Assembly: GCA_964413715.1 (NCBI GenBank)
Contig: CAYPSN010000005.1
Span: 1,572 to 65,571 of the forward strand
Direction of reading: 5' to 3'
Length of the DNA stretch: 64,000 bases
Source of the DNA: an uncultured Candidatus Saccharibacteria bacterium
GTDB lineage: Bacteria; Patescibacteriota; Saccharimonadia; CAILAD01; JADZBC01
Shown: in pieces, positions 27,846-37,489 of the stretch
Numbering within the stretch: position 1 is the stretch's first letter
Layout: every line of letters starts with the position of its first letter
Program-made: the position numbers and the translations under genes
Notes under the pieces: model-generated
Database searches by the model: none
Seen by the model: only the letters and a program-made list of their open reading frames with translations
What the model was told of the DNA's origin: nothing

Positions 27846-27906
27846 TTGGTTTTGGTATTTTTGTATAACCAGGAATATACTAGTACTAAGAACATAAGGA
27901 AACGAT

Positions 27907-29511
27907 ATGAATAAGAGCGAAAAAAGAATCCTCGTCGTTATGGCACTAGCGCAGTTTATTTTAACCCTTGATTCGACCGTGATGAATGTGTCAATTTCGA
28001 CACTGGTGAAGGACCTGAACACCACAGTGGCTGGCATACAATCAGCAATTACGTTCTACACCTTGGTCATGGCGGCGTTTATGATTCCTGGCGCTAAGAT
28101 CGGCGACATGATAGGTCGTAAAAAAGCGTTTCTATTGGGAACAATCATTTACGGTACTGGCTCTCTCATTACCGCAATGAGTCCTAATTTGTCCACACTA
28201 CTGTTTGGCTGGTCGTTCCTAGAAGGGCTCGGCGCTGCCTTAATGATTCCTGCTATGTTGTCGCTGGTAGCAAGTAATTTCCCACCAGGGACCAAGCGGG
28301 TCAAAGCCTATGCGACTGTAGCTGCAATTGGAGCGATTGGTGCAGCGGTGGGTCCAATTGTGGGTGGATTTCTTACAACCTACGCAACATGGCGCCTGGC
28401 GTTCTTAGCTGAAGTGATTGTGGTGCTATATATTCTGGCCAAACGAGCTATTATCAAAGACTCTCAGCTTATGCAGAAAGTAACTTCGTTTGATTGGGTG
28501 GGGACAATATTCGCTGCCAGTGGGCTTAGCGTGTTAATTCTTGGAATACTCCAGGCTAGCAAATACGGTCTGTTAGTTGCTCGTAAATCACTGGTTGTTA
28601 ATGGTCAGGAATGGATTCCAGCTGGCGGGGTTTCGCCGACGGTCTGGATGATTCTAATTGGTTTGGGAATCCTGGCATTCTTCGCCTATTGGCAGAACAG
28701 GCGCAAGAAGCACGATCAGTCTTTGCTTATCGATATGGCAATTTTTAAAAACAAAATTGTCAGTGCGGGAGTAGGCACAATCTTCTTCCAGCTTATGTTG
28801 TTGGGCGGTGTAATGTATGGCATGTCGTTATATTTGCAGCTACAGCTGGGCTACAACGCTATGCGAACCGGCGTCGCTTTGTTGCCGCTTTCAGTAGCAA
28901 TTCTGTTGTTAGCCAGTCGTGGCGACATTATGGCAACGAAGTTTTCGAGTAAGCGCATTATACGAGTAGGCTTTACCTGCATGCTTATTGGTTCGGCATG
29001 GCTTGGCTACAAGGCTGGACAGAATCCAAGCGGTTTAGATTTTCTGCCGAGCCTAGTATTGTTTGGTGCTGGTATGGGCATGATTGCATCTCAGCTGCAG
29101 AATACTGTCCAAAATTCTGTTGATGAAAAGTCTTCTGCCGAAGCATCAGGACTGATGTCGACATTCCAATTTTTAGGCCAAAGTTTCGGTACGGCTATCA
29201 GTGGTGTACTAATTGTGGCGACATTTATTCAGGTCGGAACTAATTTAGTGGCGCAAGATACCAATTTAAACACTCAGCAAAAATCCCAACTTACGGCAGC
29301 GATCGAACAGCAGCCGCAGATTATGAGTGATGCGCAGGTGACTTCGCTAGTGAGCACATTGCCACCAACTACAGCGCAAACCGTGATTGATATAAATGCC
29401 GAAACCAGGCAGGCAGCATTGAGTGGTATGTTCATTTTGCTGGCTGTTTTGAGTACACTCGGATTGCTCGCCACCAAGAATCTGCCAAACAATTCTCCCA
29501 AGCCAGCTTAA
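27907..29511 (+). CDS. MFS transporter of the 14-TM DHA2 drug:H+ antiporter type
   Basis: 534 aa, about 14 predicted TM helices, MFS motif A-like GDMIGRKK. AAGGAAA ribosome-binding site. Confidence 0.85.
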   Translation: MNKSEKRILVVMALAQFILTLDSTVMNVSISTLVKDLNTTVAGIQSAITFYTLVMAAFMIPGAKIGDMIGRKKAFLLGTIIYGTGSLITAMSPNLSTLLFGWSFLEGLGAALMIPAMLSLVASNFPPGTKRVKAYATVAAIGAIGAAVGPIVGGFLTTYATWRLAFLAEVIVVLYILAKRAIIKDSQLMQKVTSFDWVGTIFAASGLSVLILGILQASKYGLLVARKSLVVNGQEWIPAGGVSPTVWMILIGLGILAFFAYWQNRRKKHDQSLLIDMAIFKNKIVSAGVGTIFFQLMLLGGVMYGMSLYLQLQLGYNAMRTGVALLPLSVAILLLASRGDIMATKFSSKRIIRVGFTCMLIGSAWLGYKAGQNPSGLDFLPSLVLFGAGMGMIASQLQNTVQNSVDEKSSAEASGLMSTFQFLGQSFGTAISGVLIVATFIQVGTNLVAQDTNLNTQQKSQLTAAIEQQPQIMSDAQVTSLVSTLPPTTAQTVIDINAETRQAALSGMFILLAVLSTLGLLATKNLPNNSPKPA

Positions 29512-29622
29512 CTCTCTAGACTGAGAAGAACATTTAATTAGCTCTTGTGCTTTGTCCATAAAGGACTATGATGATTGTAAGCGCAATCAGCGCAGTTCCT
29601 ACAAGCACACAAAGGGGGCGAT

Positions 29623-30354
29623 ATGCTCAAGCAAGCAAAGCGCCCCCTCGACGACGTTGTGGTCGTGGTGGTGGCAGGTACGTTCGTGGCCGATTGGTAC
29701 GCCCAGTTTGTTTATGGCTCTCTCAAGGCGGCCATAATCGAGCGGGGTTACCCCGTTCGGGTTATTGCGATCCCCAACCTTGGTTTGGGTTCTATGCAAC
29801 GGGCTCTTGATGCGATGCACCTACAAATCTGCGCCGAGTTCCCGACGCAGCGCATCGTTTTGATCGGGCATAGCCAGGGGGGTAGCCACATCATGGGGTT
29901 GAAGCGTCTGCTGGGCAACCGGGCGATCCGAGTGGTGCAGCTGTCGGCGCCAAACCATGGCACGCGCCTCGCGAACTTGGGTGGTTGGCTCAAGGCCTTC
30001 CCGGCGATTGGCAACATGGCAGCGCACTCTCCGGTTCTACGTGAGTTGCGGACCCTCGAGGAGATTGTGGAGGAAGTTGAAGCCATGGAGCTGGTGAGCG
30101 TGATGAGCGTTTTCGACCAGCTTGTGCTGCCGTTCTTTGCCTCGGTTTTGAAAGGGGCCAAGAACATCGTCATCGCACCGCGGTTCATGCACCCGTTGCT
30201 ACTCAAGTTGGGCTTCCGACGCAGCAATGGCATCGAGCTTGTCGATGGCTTCGCCGACCATCTTTCGATCATCTCGCATCAGTCGGTACTGCGTCTGCTG
30301 CATGGGGTGTTCGACGAGCTCGAGGAAACGTCACCTCAACCTAGCCTCCGATAA
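29623..30354 (+). CDS. Alpha/beta-hydrolase-fold lipase/esterase-like protein encoded in a high-GC island
   Basis: Nucleophile elbow GHSQGG; secondary structure consistent with a lipase class-2 or DUF676-like fold. GC about 60% with GC-rich third positions. AAGGGGG ribosome-binding site. Confidence 0.7.
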   Translation: MLKQAKRPLDDVVVVVVAGTFVADWYAQFVYGSLKAAIIERGYPVRVIAIPNLGLGSMQRALDAMHLQICAEFPTQRIVLIGHSQGGSHIMGLKRLLGNRAIRVVQLSAPNHGTRLANLGGWLKAFPAIGNMAAHSPVLRELRTLEEIVEEVEAMELVSVMSVFDQLVLPFFASVLKGAKNIVIAPRFMHPLLLKLGFRRSNGIELVDGFADHLSIISHQSVLRLLHGVFDELEETSPQPSLR

Positions 30355-30435
30355 GGGCTCCTGCCTGTACATCGGGGGCTCTTATCGTGCTATAGCGTCG
30401 GGGTGTATAATAAGAGTGTTAAGAAAGGTACTCCT

Positions 30436-30837
30436 ATGCTTGGATGGGTAGAAGATATTGAGAAAGCTACGTTAGAAAACGAAAATTTTCGGGCTGCACT
30501 ATTCACTGGTAAACACAGTCAGTTGACCGTTATGAGCATCGTGGTTGGTGGCGAGATTGGCCTGGAAGTACATCCTGATAACGATCAGTTTATTCGGATT
30601 GAGCAGGGTAAGGCGAAAGTTGAGTTTGGTGAGAGCCAAGACAACCTAACTGAAAGCTACGACGTGGAAGATGACTGGGCGGTCATTATTCCTGCTGGCG
30701 TTTGGCATAATATTACCAATACAGGGGATACTGAGCTGAAGGTCTACTCGATTTATTCACCAGCGCATCATCCCGAGGGAACGGTACACAAAACTAAGGC
30801 TGACGCAGACGCAGCCGAAGCCGCCGAACACGAGTAG
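30436..30837 (+). CDS. Cupin-domain protein
   Basis: Cupin motifs (GLEVHPDNDQFIRIEQG ... PAGVWHNITNTG). Start chosen at the ATG with an AAGAAAGG ribosome-binding site; the ORF track begins at 30403. Confidence 0.7.
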   Translation: MLGWVEDIEKATLENENFRAALFTGKHSQLTVMSIVVGGEIGLEVHPDNDQFIRIEQGKAKVEFGESQDNLTESYDVEDDWAVIIPAGVWHNITNTGDTELKVYSIYSPAHHPEGTVHKTKADADAAEAAEHE

Positions 30838-30910
30838 GCTAGGCACTGTTTGTCACAAGCGTACATCTTGAATCATGGATCTTGGTCTAAGATTTCGGTA
30901 CAATGTCTGA

Positions 30911-31936
30911 ATGCAAATTTCTGATTACAGCTACGTTTTACCAAAGGACAAGATTGCTCAGTATCCACCTGCGGTTCGAGGGCAGTCGCGCCTGTTAGTG
31001 CTTGATAAAAATACGGGAAGCACGGAAGATCGTCGGTATGTAGACATCGTTGATTATCTCGATGCCGGCGATGTACTTGTTCTCAATAACACGAAGGTGA
31101 TAAAGGCTCGACTCATGGCTAAAGACGACGCTGGGAGTGATACTGAGCTTGTGTTGCTCGAAAAGCACGGCAAGGTCGAAGATAGGCATCGTCACAAGGT
31201 ACTCTATAGGGGGAGCTTGTACAAAGGCCAGATATTTTACGTAGGTCAAGCTGAGCTCCACGTCGAGCAGGCGGAGGGTGGCATAGCGGTGGTGAGCTCG
31301 GCTTACGACATTGAGGACATCGCCACCAAGAATGGCAGCGTGCCACTGCCGCCGTATATGAAGCGCGATGCTACTGCAGAAGACGAGCAGCGCTATCAAA
31401 CGGTCTTTGCGCATGCGAGTGGTTCGGTGGCGGCACCTACCGCCTCGCTCAATATGACCGATGAATTGCTCGACGGCCTTCGCCGTAAAGGCGTGGTCGT
31501 GGCGTATTTGACGCTGCATGTAGGCCTGGGCACATTCTTGCCGATTCGTAGCGATGACGTTACCGAGCACAAGATGCATAGTGAATATTTCGAAATTCCC
31601 GAAGGGACTGTTCGAAGTCTACAGCAGGCTAGGCAGCGCGGCGGCAAGATAGCAGCACTTGGCACGACGGTAGCTCGCACCTTGGAGTTCGCTCACGAAG
31701 AGATCTTCGCATCAGATGCGAGCGACGTTTCAGGCGAAGCCGACATATTTATTTATCCGGGCTACGAATTTAAATCTGTTGATGTGTTGATTACAAACTT
31801 CCATGCGCCAAAGAGCACCGTACTCATGCTGGCAGCAGCCTTTGCTGGCTGGGATAATCTTAAATATGCGTACGAGCATGCACTGCAAAACAGCTACGCA
31901 TTCCTTAGCTATGGCGATAGTATGCTGATAAGATAA
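30911..31936 (+). CDS. queA: S-adenosylmethionine:tRNA ribosyltransferase-isomerase
   Basis: N-terminus MQISDYSYVLPKDKIAQYP matches QueA. 341 aa. Confidence 0.9.
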   Translation: MQISDYSYVLPKDKIAQYPPAVRGQSRLLVLDKNTGSTEDRRYVDIVDYLDAGDVLVLNNTKVIKARLMAKDDAGSDTELVLLEKHGKVEDRHRHKVLYRGSLYKGQIFYVGQAELHVEQAEGGIAVVSSAYDIEDIATKNGSVPLPPYMKRDATAEDEQRYQTVFAHASGSVAAPTASLNMTDELLDGLRRKGVVVAYLTLHVGLGTFLPIRSDDVTEHKMHSEYFEIPEGTVRSLQQARQRGGKIAALGTTVARTLEFAHEEIFASDASDVSGEADIFIYPGYEFKSVDVLITNFHAPKSTVLMLAAAFAGWDNLKYAYEHALQNSYAFLSYGDSMLIR

Positions 31937-31940
31937 CGAT

Positions 31941-33146
31941 ATGAAAGAATTCAACTTTACTATTCAAAACGAGCTCGAAGGTACGTTAGCGCGTGCGGCC
32001 GAAATCACCACGCCGCACGGCGTGATTCAAACCCCGGCATTTATAACCGTTGGCACTAAGGCCACGGTTAAGGCAGTTGCTCCGGAGCAGGTTAGGGATT
32101 TGGGCTCACAGGCAGTTCTCGCCAATACCTATCATCTATACCTTAAGCCGGGTAGCGACGTTGTCCGCGAGATGGGTGGTTTGCACAAATTCATGAACTG
32201 GCATGGCCCGATGTTTACCGACTCGGGTGGTTTTCAGGTTTTCTCGCTTGGTGAGGCGTACGGTAAGGGTGTGAGTAAGGTGGCAAGTGGTGATGATGCA
32301 GTGCAGCCAGACAAGCGTCCGAGTGGTAAGCAGCTTATGAAAATCGATGACGAGGGGGTGACCTTTCACTCCCATATCGACGGCAGCAAACATCGCTTAA
32401 CTCCAGAGAAGTCCATGCAGATACAGCATGATTTGGGAGCGGATATTATCTTTACTTTCGATGAATGCACCTCGCCACAAGCAGATTATGATTATCAAAA
32501 GCAGGCACTAGATCGCACCCATGCGTGGGCAGAGCGCAGCTTGGCAGAGCATCAAAGACTTGGGGCAAATAGCCCAGAGGGCAAGCCCCAGGCGCTGTTT
32601 GGCATTGTGCAGGGTGGTCGTCACGAGGATTTACGCCGACACTCAGCCGAAGTAATTGGTAGCATGGACTTCGACGGCTTTGGCATTGGCGGGTCATTTA
32701 ACAAAGACGACATGGGTACCGCCGTACGTTGGGTTTGTGAAACGTTGCCCAAAAACAAGCCGCGCCACTTGCTTGGCATCGGCGAGCCGATTGATTTGTT
32801 CGAAGGCATTGAAAACGGCATTGATACGTTTGACTGCGTGAGTCCAACGCGCGTAGCCCGCAATAGCGCTGTGTATACCAAAAACGGGCGCGTGAATCTA
32901 AGTAATGCAAAGTACATGCGCATGCCCGGCCCGATTGTGGAGGATTGTAGCTGCTACACTTGTCAAAACTACAGCGTGGCGTACTTGTCTCATTTAGTAC
33001 GCGCCGAAGAAATGCTCTCAGCCACACTTCTTTCAATTCATAACCTGCACTTTATTGTTAATCTTGTCGCAGGTATACGAGAATCAATCATACAGGGTAA
33101 TTTTCAAGAACATAAAAAACAATTTTTAGCTGCATATTACAGCTGA
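31941..33146 (+). CDS. tgt: Queuine tRNA-ribosyltransferase
   Basis: Tgt motifs (PAFITVGTKATVKA, DSGGFQV, LLGIGEP, zinc site CSCYTCQNY...H). Confidence 0.92.
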   Translation: MKEFNFTIQNELEGTLARAAEITTPHGVIQTPAFITVGTKATVKAVAPEQVRDLGSQAVLANTYHLYLKPGSDVVREMGGLHKFMNWHGPMFTDSGGFQVFSLGEAYGKGVSKVASGDDAVQPDKRPSGKQLMKIDDEGVTFHSHIDGSKHRLTPEKSMQIQHDLGADIIFTFDECTSPQADYDYQKQALDRTHAWAERSLAEHQRLGANSPEGKPQALFGIVQGGRHEDLRRHSAEVIGSMDFDGFGIGGSFNKDDMGTAVRWVCETLPKNKPRHLLGIGEPIDLFEGIENGIDTFDCVSPTRVARNSAVYTKNGRVNLSNAKYMRMPGPIVEDCSCYTCQNYSVAYLSHLVRAEEMLSATLLSIHNLHFIVNLVAGIRESIIQGNFQEHKKQFLAAYYS

Positions 33147-33163
33147 GGGTCGTGCCGTAAAGA

Positions 33164-35434
33164 CTACTTAGGTAGCTTAAGGGTAAAAACGGAACCTTTC
33201 TTGGTAGAGTGTTCAAGCATTACCTCGCCACCATTGCGTTCGGCTAAGCTCTTGGCAATGTAGAGTCCTAGACCCGTTCCACCGACTTCACGCGTAAGGC
33301 TATTGTCCAGTCGGTCGAACTTCTTAAATAGTTTCTTGCGGTCATCAAGGTTGATACCCGCACCAGTATCAACGACACTTAATAGCACCCAGTCACCATG
33401 TTCTTTTAGTTCTAAGCTTACAAAGCCATGCGTAGTGTATTTAATGGCATTTTCTACGAGCTTAGCGATGATTTCCTTAACTTCATTAGGGTCGGCTTTG
33501 AGATTAATTTTCTTTTCATGTCCACTAAAGCTAAGGGCGAGTTTTTTATTGTCAGCCTTTGGCCGCATAAGACGTATTACGTCGTCGATGGCACCAACGT
33601 AGTCAAATTCAGTTTTGTTTTCGTAATGAGGCGCGCTACCATTGTCGATTTCTGCAACGGTCATAATGTCTCTAAATAATTCGGCTAGTTGGGCGGTTGA
33701 TTCGTAAGCTTGTTGAATGATCGGCTTGGTAGTTTTGTCGAGTTTGGCAATGTCTGGGTCAAGCGCATTGGCCAAGTTTCCCTGAATAATCGTGAGCGGT
33801 GTGCGCATTTCGTGCGAGGCAGTAACAATGAAGTCATTGCGTTCTCGCTCGGCGGCCTTTTGTTTGGTAATATCTTCAATCAGCAACACACTGCCAATAC
33901 ACTGCTTTTTATCACCGATAATTGGCGAGATAATAAGGTGGAGAATTCTTTTGTCATGTTCAAGCTCTGCTATATCGGCAAGTTGGCACGAGCCATGGAC
34001 TTTTTCGAAATCCTGTTTGATACCAAGATCCAATAAAGCGTCACTAATGGCCTTTTTGCTTTTGGATTCAATCTTGAGTAAATCCTTGGCTACCTTGTTG
34101 AGTTCAAGCACCTGCATATTTTCGTCAAGCATAATAAAGCCGACTGGCAAGCTTGCAATGGAGGCTTCAAGTTTGGCGTGCTCACGATATAGTTCTTCGG
34201 TACGTTCGATAACTTTTTGTTCAACTTTGCGCTCTTCTTCGGCCAGCTGGGCATAGGCTCTTTTGAGATTCGAGATGTCTGTAATGACCAATACATAGCC
34301 TGCCGCTTTGCCCTTGGTGTCGAGCAGGGCACTTAGATTAAGATCTACCGGGACAATGTGCTTTGATTCGCCGGTGACCATGATGAGATTTTCAATTTTT
34401 TTGGAAGCCTTAAGAGTCGGGTCGGCCACGGTGTACTGGACGATTTTTTTATAGTGCTGCGGTGCAAAGTAATTCTTGATGTTGCGCTTACGGGTGGCAT
34501 TGCCGAGACCAAAGAGTCGGTGTGCGCTCGTATTGGCATACTCAACTTCGAATCCCGGATTAACGACGACTACAGCTTCTGCCATCGTTTCGAGAATATT
34601 GGAAGCTATAGTAGTAGGGTTAATCACGAACAGGCTATGTCGAATAATGGCGTACCCCATGACGAGTGCCATGATGGTGGAAAAGAAACTATCAAGTGGT
34701 AGATAAAATGGCAGGCCTAAGTAGGCCGGGATTACATTGGTGAAAGTTGAGCCGAGAATCGGAATAAGGATACCGATGAGTAGATACATTGCTTGTTTTT
34801 TTCGTTTGCCTTTGCGTTCACGTACGTAATGGCGAATAAGTAAACCGAGGATTATAAATGTAAGGATTTGGAACCAAGCCAAGTAGAGACTACCGAATGG
34901 GCCTAATGTTATTTCAAAACCCCATGGCCTTGGTATGAGCGTGCTTGGGTTGCGAACAACGATAAAATTCGTGGTAAGTGCCACAATAATAATGAACAAT
35001 GACACAGCAAGCATGAGTAGCCATGGCAACATCAGAGTATCTGCTTCATCGTCATTGCTTGTGTACGTCACCAAGAATATCAGTAGAGCGGGGATGCCAA
35101 TCAGCGAAGCGACCGGTATGCCGGCGCGCACGATCAGCGCTGTGTAGCTGTTGGCAGAGGCGAAGGTGGCTAGGTCAGTCAAGGACCACAGCAGGACGCC
35201 GAGCAAAAAGAGTCCAAACCACATGACACCCTTAATAGCGCGTCGCCGTTTGTACACAAGAAAGAGGAGGTACATGTTGAGAAGAACTGAAGAGAGCGGA
35301 ATGAGGATGAACGGCCGCCACATGAATGCGAGTGGCTGAGGTGAAGTGCTTGTGGTAGTACCGAAGATGAGAATGGCAGAGAATGCCAAAGCTGATATAA
35401 CTGAAACCCAGCCTAGAATACTGTGCTTGCGCAT
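33164..35434 (-). CDS. Sensor histidine kinase (756 aa) with a multi-TM N-terminal sensor and PAS domains, orphan
   Basis: HisKA H-box ASHEMRTPLT, HATPase_c G-boxes (GTGLGLYIAKSLAERNGG), about 8 N-terminal TM helices. No response regulator gene adjacent. Confidence 0.9.
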   Translation of the reverse strand: MRKHSILGWVSVISALAFSAILIFGTTTSTSPQPLAFMWRPFILIPLSSVLLNMYLLFLVYKRRRAIKGVMWFGLFLLGVLLWSLTDLATFASANSYTALIVRAGIPVASLIGIPALLIFLVTYTSNDDEADTLMLPWLLMLAVSLFIIIVALTTNFIVVRNPSTLIPRPWGFEITLGPFGSLYLAWFQILTFIILGLLIRHYVRERKGKRKKQAMYLLIGILIPILGSTFTNVIPAYLGLPFYLPLDSFFSTIMALVMGYAIIRHSLFVINPTTIASNILETMAEAVVVVNPGFEVEYANTSAHRLFGLGNATRKRNIKNYFAPQHYKKIVQYTVADPTLKASKKIENLIMVTGESKHIVPVDLNLSALLDTKGKAAGYVLVITDISNLKRAYAQLAEEERKVEQKVIERTEELYREHAKLEASIASLPVGFIMLDENMQVLELNKVAKDLLKIESKSKKAISDALLDLGIKQDFEKVHGSCQLADIAELEHDKRILHLIISPIIGDKKQCIGSVLLIEDITKQKAAERERNDFIVTASHEMRTPLTIIQGNLANALDPDIAKLDKTTKPIIQQAYESTAQLAELFRDIMTVAEIDNGSAPHYENKTEFDYVGAIDDVIRLMRPKADNKKLALSFSGHEKKINLKADPNEVKEIIAKLVENAIKYTTHGFVSLELKEHGDWVLLSVVDTGAGINLDDRKKLFKKFDRLDNSLTREVGGTGLGLYIAKSLAERNGGEVMLEHSTKKGSVFTLKLPK

Positions 35435-35440
35435 AAGAAG

Positions 35441-35896
35441 TTAGATGCCCTGCAGATTACTTGTGATGTTTTGTATGCCACCACCAAAAACGAATGCAAA
35501 GCCGGTGAGCACGAGGAGTACAATGGCAAGGCTAGGCCATACGTCCCGGACTAATGCGTGGATTCTAATTTTGCCATTGTAGCGATGATCGCGAATGATG
35601 GTGGTGAGAGAACCGATGTTAATAAGGAGTGCAATAGTTGGGAACACAACCGCCCACAATACTACAACCGCAGGTGAGAATACCCAAGATTCATAGAACT
35701 GGGCAAGTTGATCCGATTCGGGCAGCGATAAGCGATAGAGAATACTGATGATAACGATGATGGCAAAGGGTAAAATGAGTGCGATACCTGTTGCGGCATT
35801 GTGTTCATACAACGCTCGCACCTTGCGTAAGTGGCGTAACTGGGCTAAGTGATACCTGCTTGCTTGCTTACGAGTATTATTCTTATGCTTTCTCAT
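35441..35896 (-). CDS. Hypothetical 4-TM membrane protein (151 aa), likely co-transcribed with the histidine kinase
   Basis: ORF 7 nt upstream of the kinase on the same strand; hydrophobic helices. Confidence 0.5.
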   Translation of the reverse strand: MRKHKNNTRKQASRYHLAQLRHLRKVRALYEHNAATGIALILPFAIIVIISILYRLSLPESDQLAQFYESWVFSPAVVVLWAVVFPTIALLINIGSLTTIIRDHRYNGKIRIHALVRDVWPSLAIVLLVLTGFAFVFGGGIQNITSNLQGI

Positions 35897-35981
35897 AACA
35901 TAATTATAGACTTTTTGGTCTAGATGTCGATATCTTTGCAGACCCTAGCGCAAAAGCTGGCTTTGTAGAATAATAGTCTAT

Positions 35982-37244
35982 ATGAAGTATTCACAATTAT
36001 TTTCGCAAACCAGTCGCAACGTGTCCGAACAAGAAAAGTCACTGAATGCACAATTGCTAACACGAGCTGGCTTTGTGGACCAGCTTATGGCGGGTGTTTA
36101 TTCGTATTTGCCGCTCGGCCTAATTACGCTTCGCAAAATTGAAAACGTTGTACGTAAACATATGGATAGTTTGGGCGCCCAAGAAGTCCTAATGCCAACA
36201 CTGCACCCGAGCGCTATTTGGAAAACAACCGGCGGCTGGGACAGCATAGATGTCTTGTTTAAAATCAATAGTCGAACCGGTAACGAATACGCCCTGGGCC
36301 AAAGCGAAGAAGAGGTGGTAACGCCATTGGTTATGAGTCGTGCGCAGTCGTACAAACATCTGCCACAGTCGGTTTATCAAATCCACTGGAAGTATCGCGA
36401 TGAGCTGCGGGCCAAGTCGGGCATTATGCGCGGCCGCGAGTTTTATATGAAAGACATGTATAGCTTTCATACAAACCAGCAAGATTTTGATTCGTACTAT
36501 GCCAAGGTCAAGCAAGTGTATTCGGATATCTTTACCGAACTTGGCTTGGAGGCCAAGGTAACAGAGGCGTCTGGCGGTAATTTTACTGACAAAGTGTCAT
36601 ACGAGTTTGAAGTGTTAACCGATGCTGGCGAAGATGTTATTTACTATTGTGACCAGTGTGATTTTTGTGTCGAAGATGAGATTGCCCAAGTAAAACCTGG
36701 TGATACCTGCCCACGCTGCAACAGGGGGAGCCTTAAAGAAGCCAAGGCTGCCGAGGTGGGGAATGTTTTTGATCTCGGCCAGAAGTTTACTAAGGCGTTC
36801 GATATGCCATATGTGAATGACAAAGGCGAGAGAGAATATGCAATTATGGGCTGTTATGGGATTGGTATTAGTCGAGTCATGGGCGTAATTGCTGAGCGAC
36901 ACCATGACGAAAAGGGTCTCATCTGGCCAGAGAGTGTTACCCCGTTTCGCTATCATATTGTTGCTTTGCCTGACGCTGAGAACGTAAACGTTGGTGAAAA
37001 AGTGTATGAGCAATTGGGCGCCGACAGCTGTCTGTTTGATGATCGAGCTGACGTAAGCCCTGGAGCAAAATTTGCTGACGCCGACTTAATTGGTTGTCCA
37101 GTTCAAATTGTGATATCCCGCAAGACACTCGAACAGAATTCTGTAGAAGTGGTGAGTCGGTCGGGGCAGTTTGAAACGTTTCTATTGCCGATTGGGGATA
37201 TCGGTGAAATCGACGCAAAGACCAAGGGCAGCAGTCGTGACTGA
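35982..37244 (+). CDS. proS: Prolyl-tRNA synthetase, compact bacterial type without an editing insertion
   Basis: Class II motifs, the bacterial ProRS N-terminus (LMLRAGFVDQLMAGVYSYLPLG), and a Cys4 zinc-ribbon insertion (CDQCDFC...CPRC). 420 aa. Confidence 0.9.
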   Translation: MKYSQLFSQTSRNVSEQEKSLNAQLLTRAGFVDQLMAGVYSYLPLGLITLRKIENVVRKHMDSLGAQEVLMPTLHPSAIWKTTGGWDSIDVLFKINSRTGNEYALGQSEEEVVTPLVMSRAQSYKHLPQSVYQIHWKYRDELRAKSGIMRGREFYMKDMYSFHTNQQDFDSYYAKVKQVYSDIFTELGLEAKVTEASGGNFTDKVSYEFEVLTDAGEDVIYYCDQCDFCVEDEIAQVKPGDTCPRCNRGSLKEAKAAEVGNVFDLGQKFTKAFDMPYVNDKGEREYAIMGCYGIGISRVMGVIAERHHDEKGLIWPESVTPFRYHIVALPDAENVNVGEKVYEQLGADSCLFDDRADVSPGAKFADADLIGCPVQIVISRKTLEQNSVEVVSRSGQFETFLLPIGDIGEIDAKTKGSSRD

Positions 37245-37488
37245 GTTTCGGGAAAAGGTCTATGCCGTAGTGCGCAACATCCCCAAAGGTAGTGTTATGA
37301 GCTATGGTGATGTGGCTAGGGCAGCTGGCCATCCAGGTGCTGCGCGCGCTGTTGGCACTGGGTTGAGTAAAAACTATGATCCACTTGTTCCTTGTCATCG
37401 CGTGATTCGCCGCGATGGTAGAGTAGGCCAATACAATCGAGGCAGTGAACGCAAGCAAGCGCTGTTGGTCGCCGAAGGAGCTATTTAG
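37237..37488 (+). CDS. MGMT-family, 6-O-methylguanine-DNA methyltransferase-like DNA-binding domain protein (about 83 aa)
   Basis: Active-site-like PCHRVI and HTH (YGDVARAAGHPGAARAVG). Candidate GTG start overlaps the proS stop as GTGACTGA. The ORF track offers an ATG at 37171, inside proS. Confidence 0.6.
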   Translation: MTEFREKVYAVVRNIPKGSVMSYGDVARAAGHPGAARAVGTGLSKNYDPLVPCHRVIRRDGRVGQYNRGSERKQALLVAEGAI

Positions 37489-37489
37489 A

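Noticed and set aside
29748-30272. 174-aa minus-strand ORF and other overlapping ORFs within the alpha/beta-hydrolase island
   Set aside because: Same high-GC effect. These frames carry no catalytic motif and have biased Arg/Ser/Pro-rich composition.
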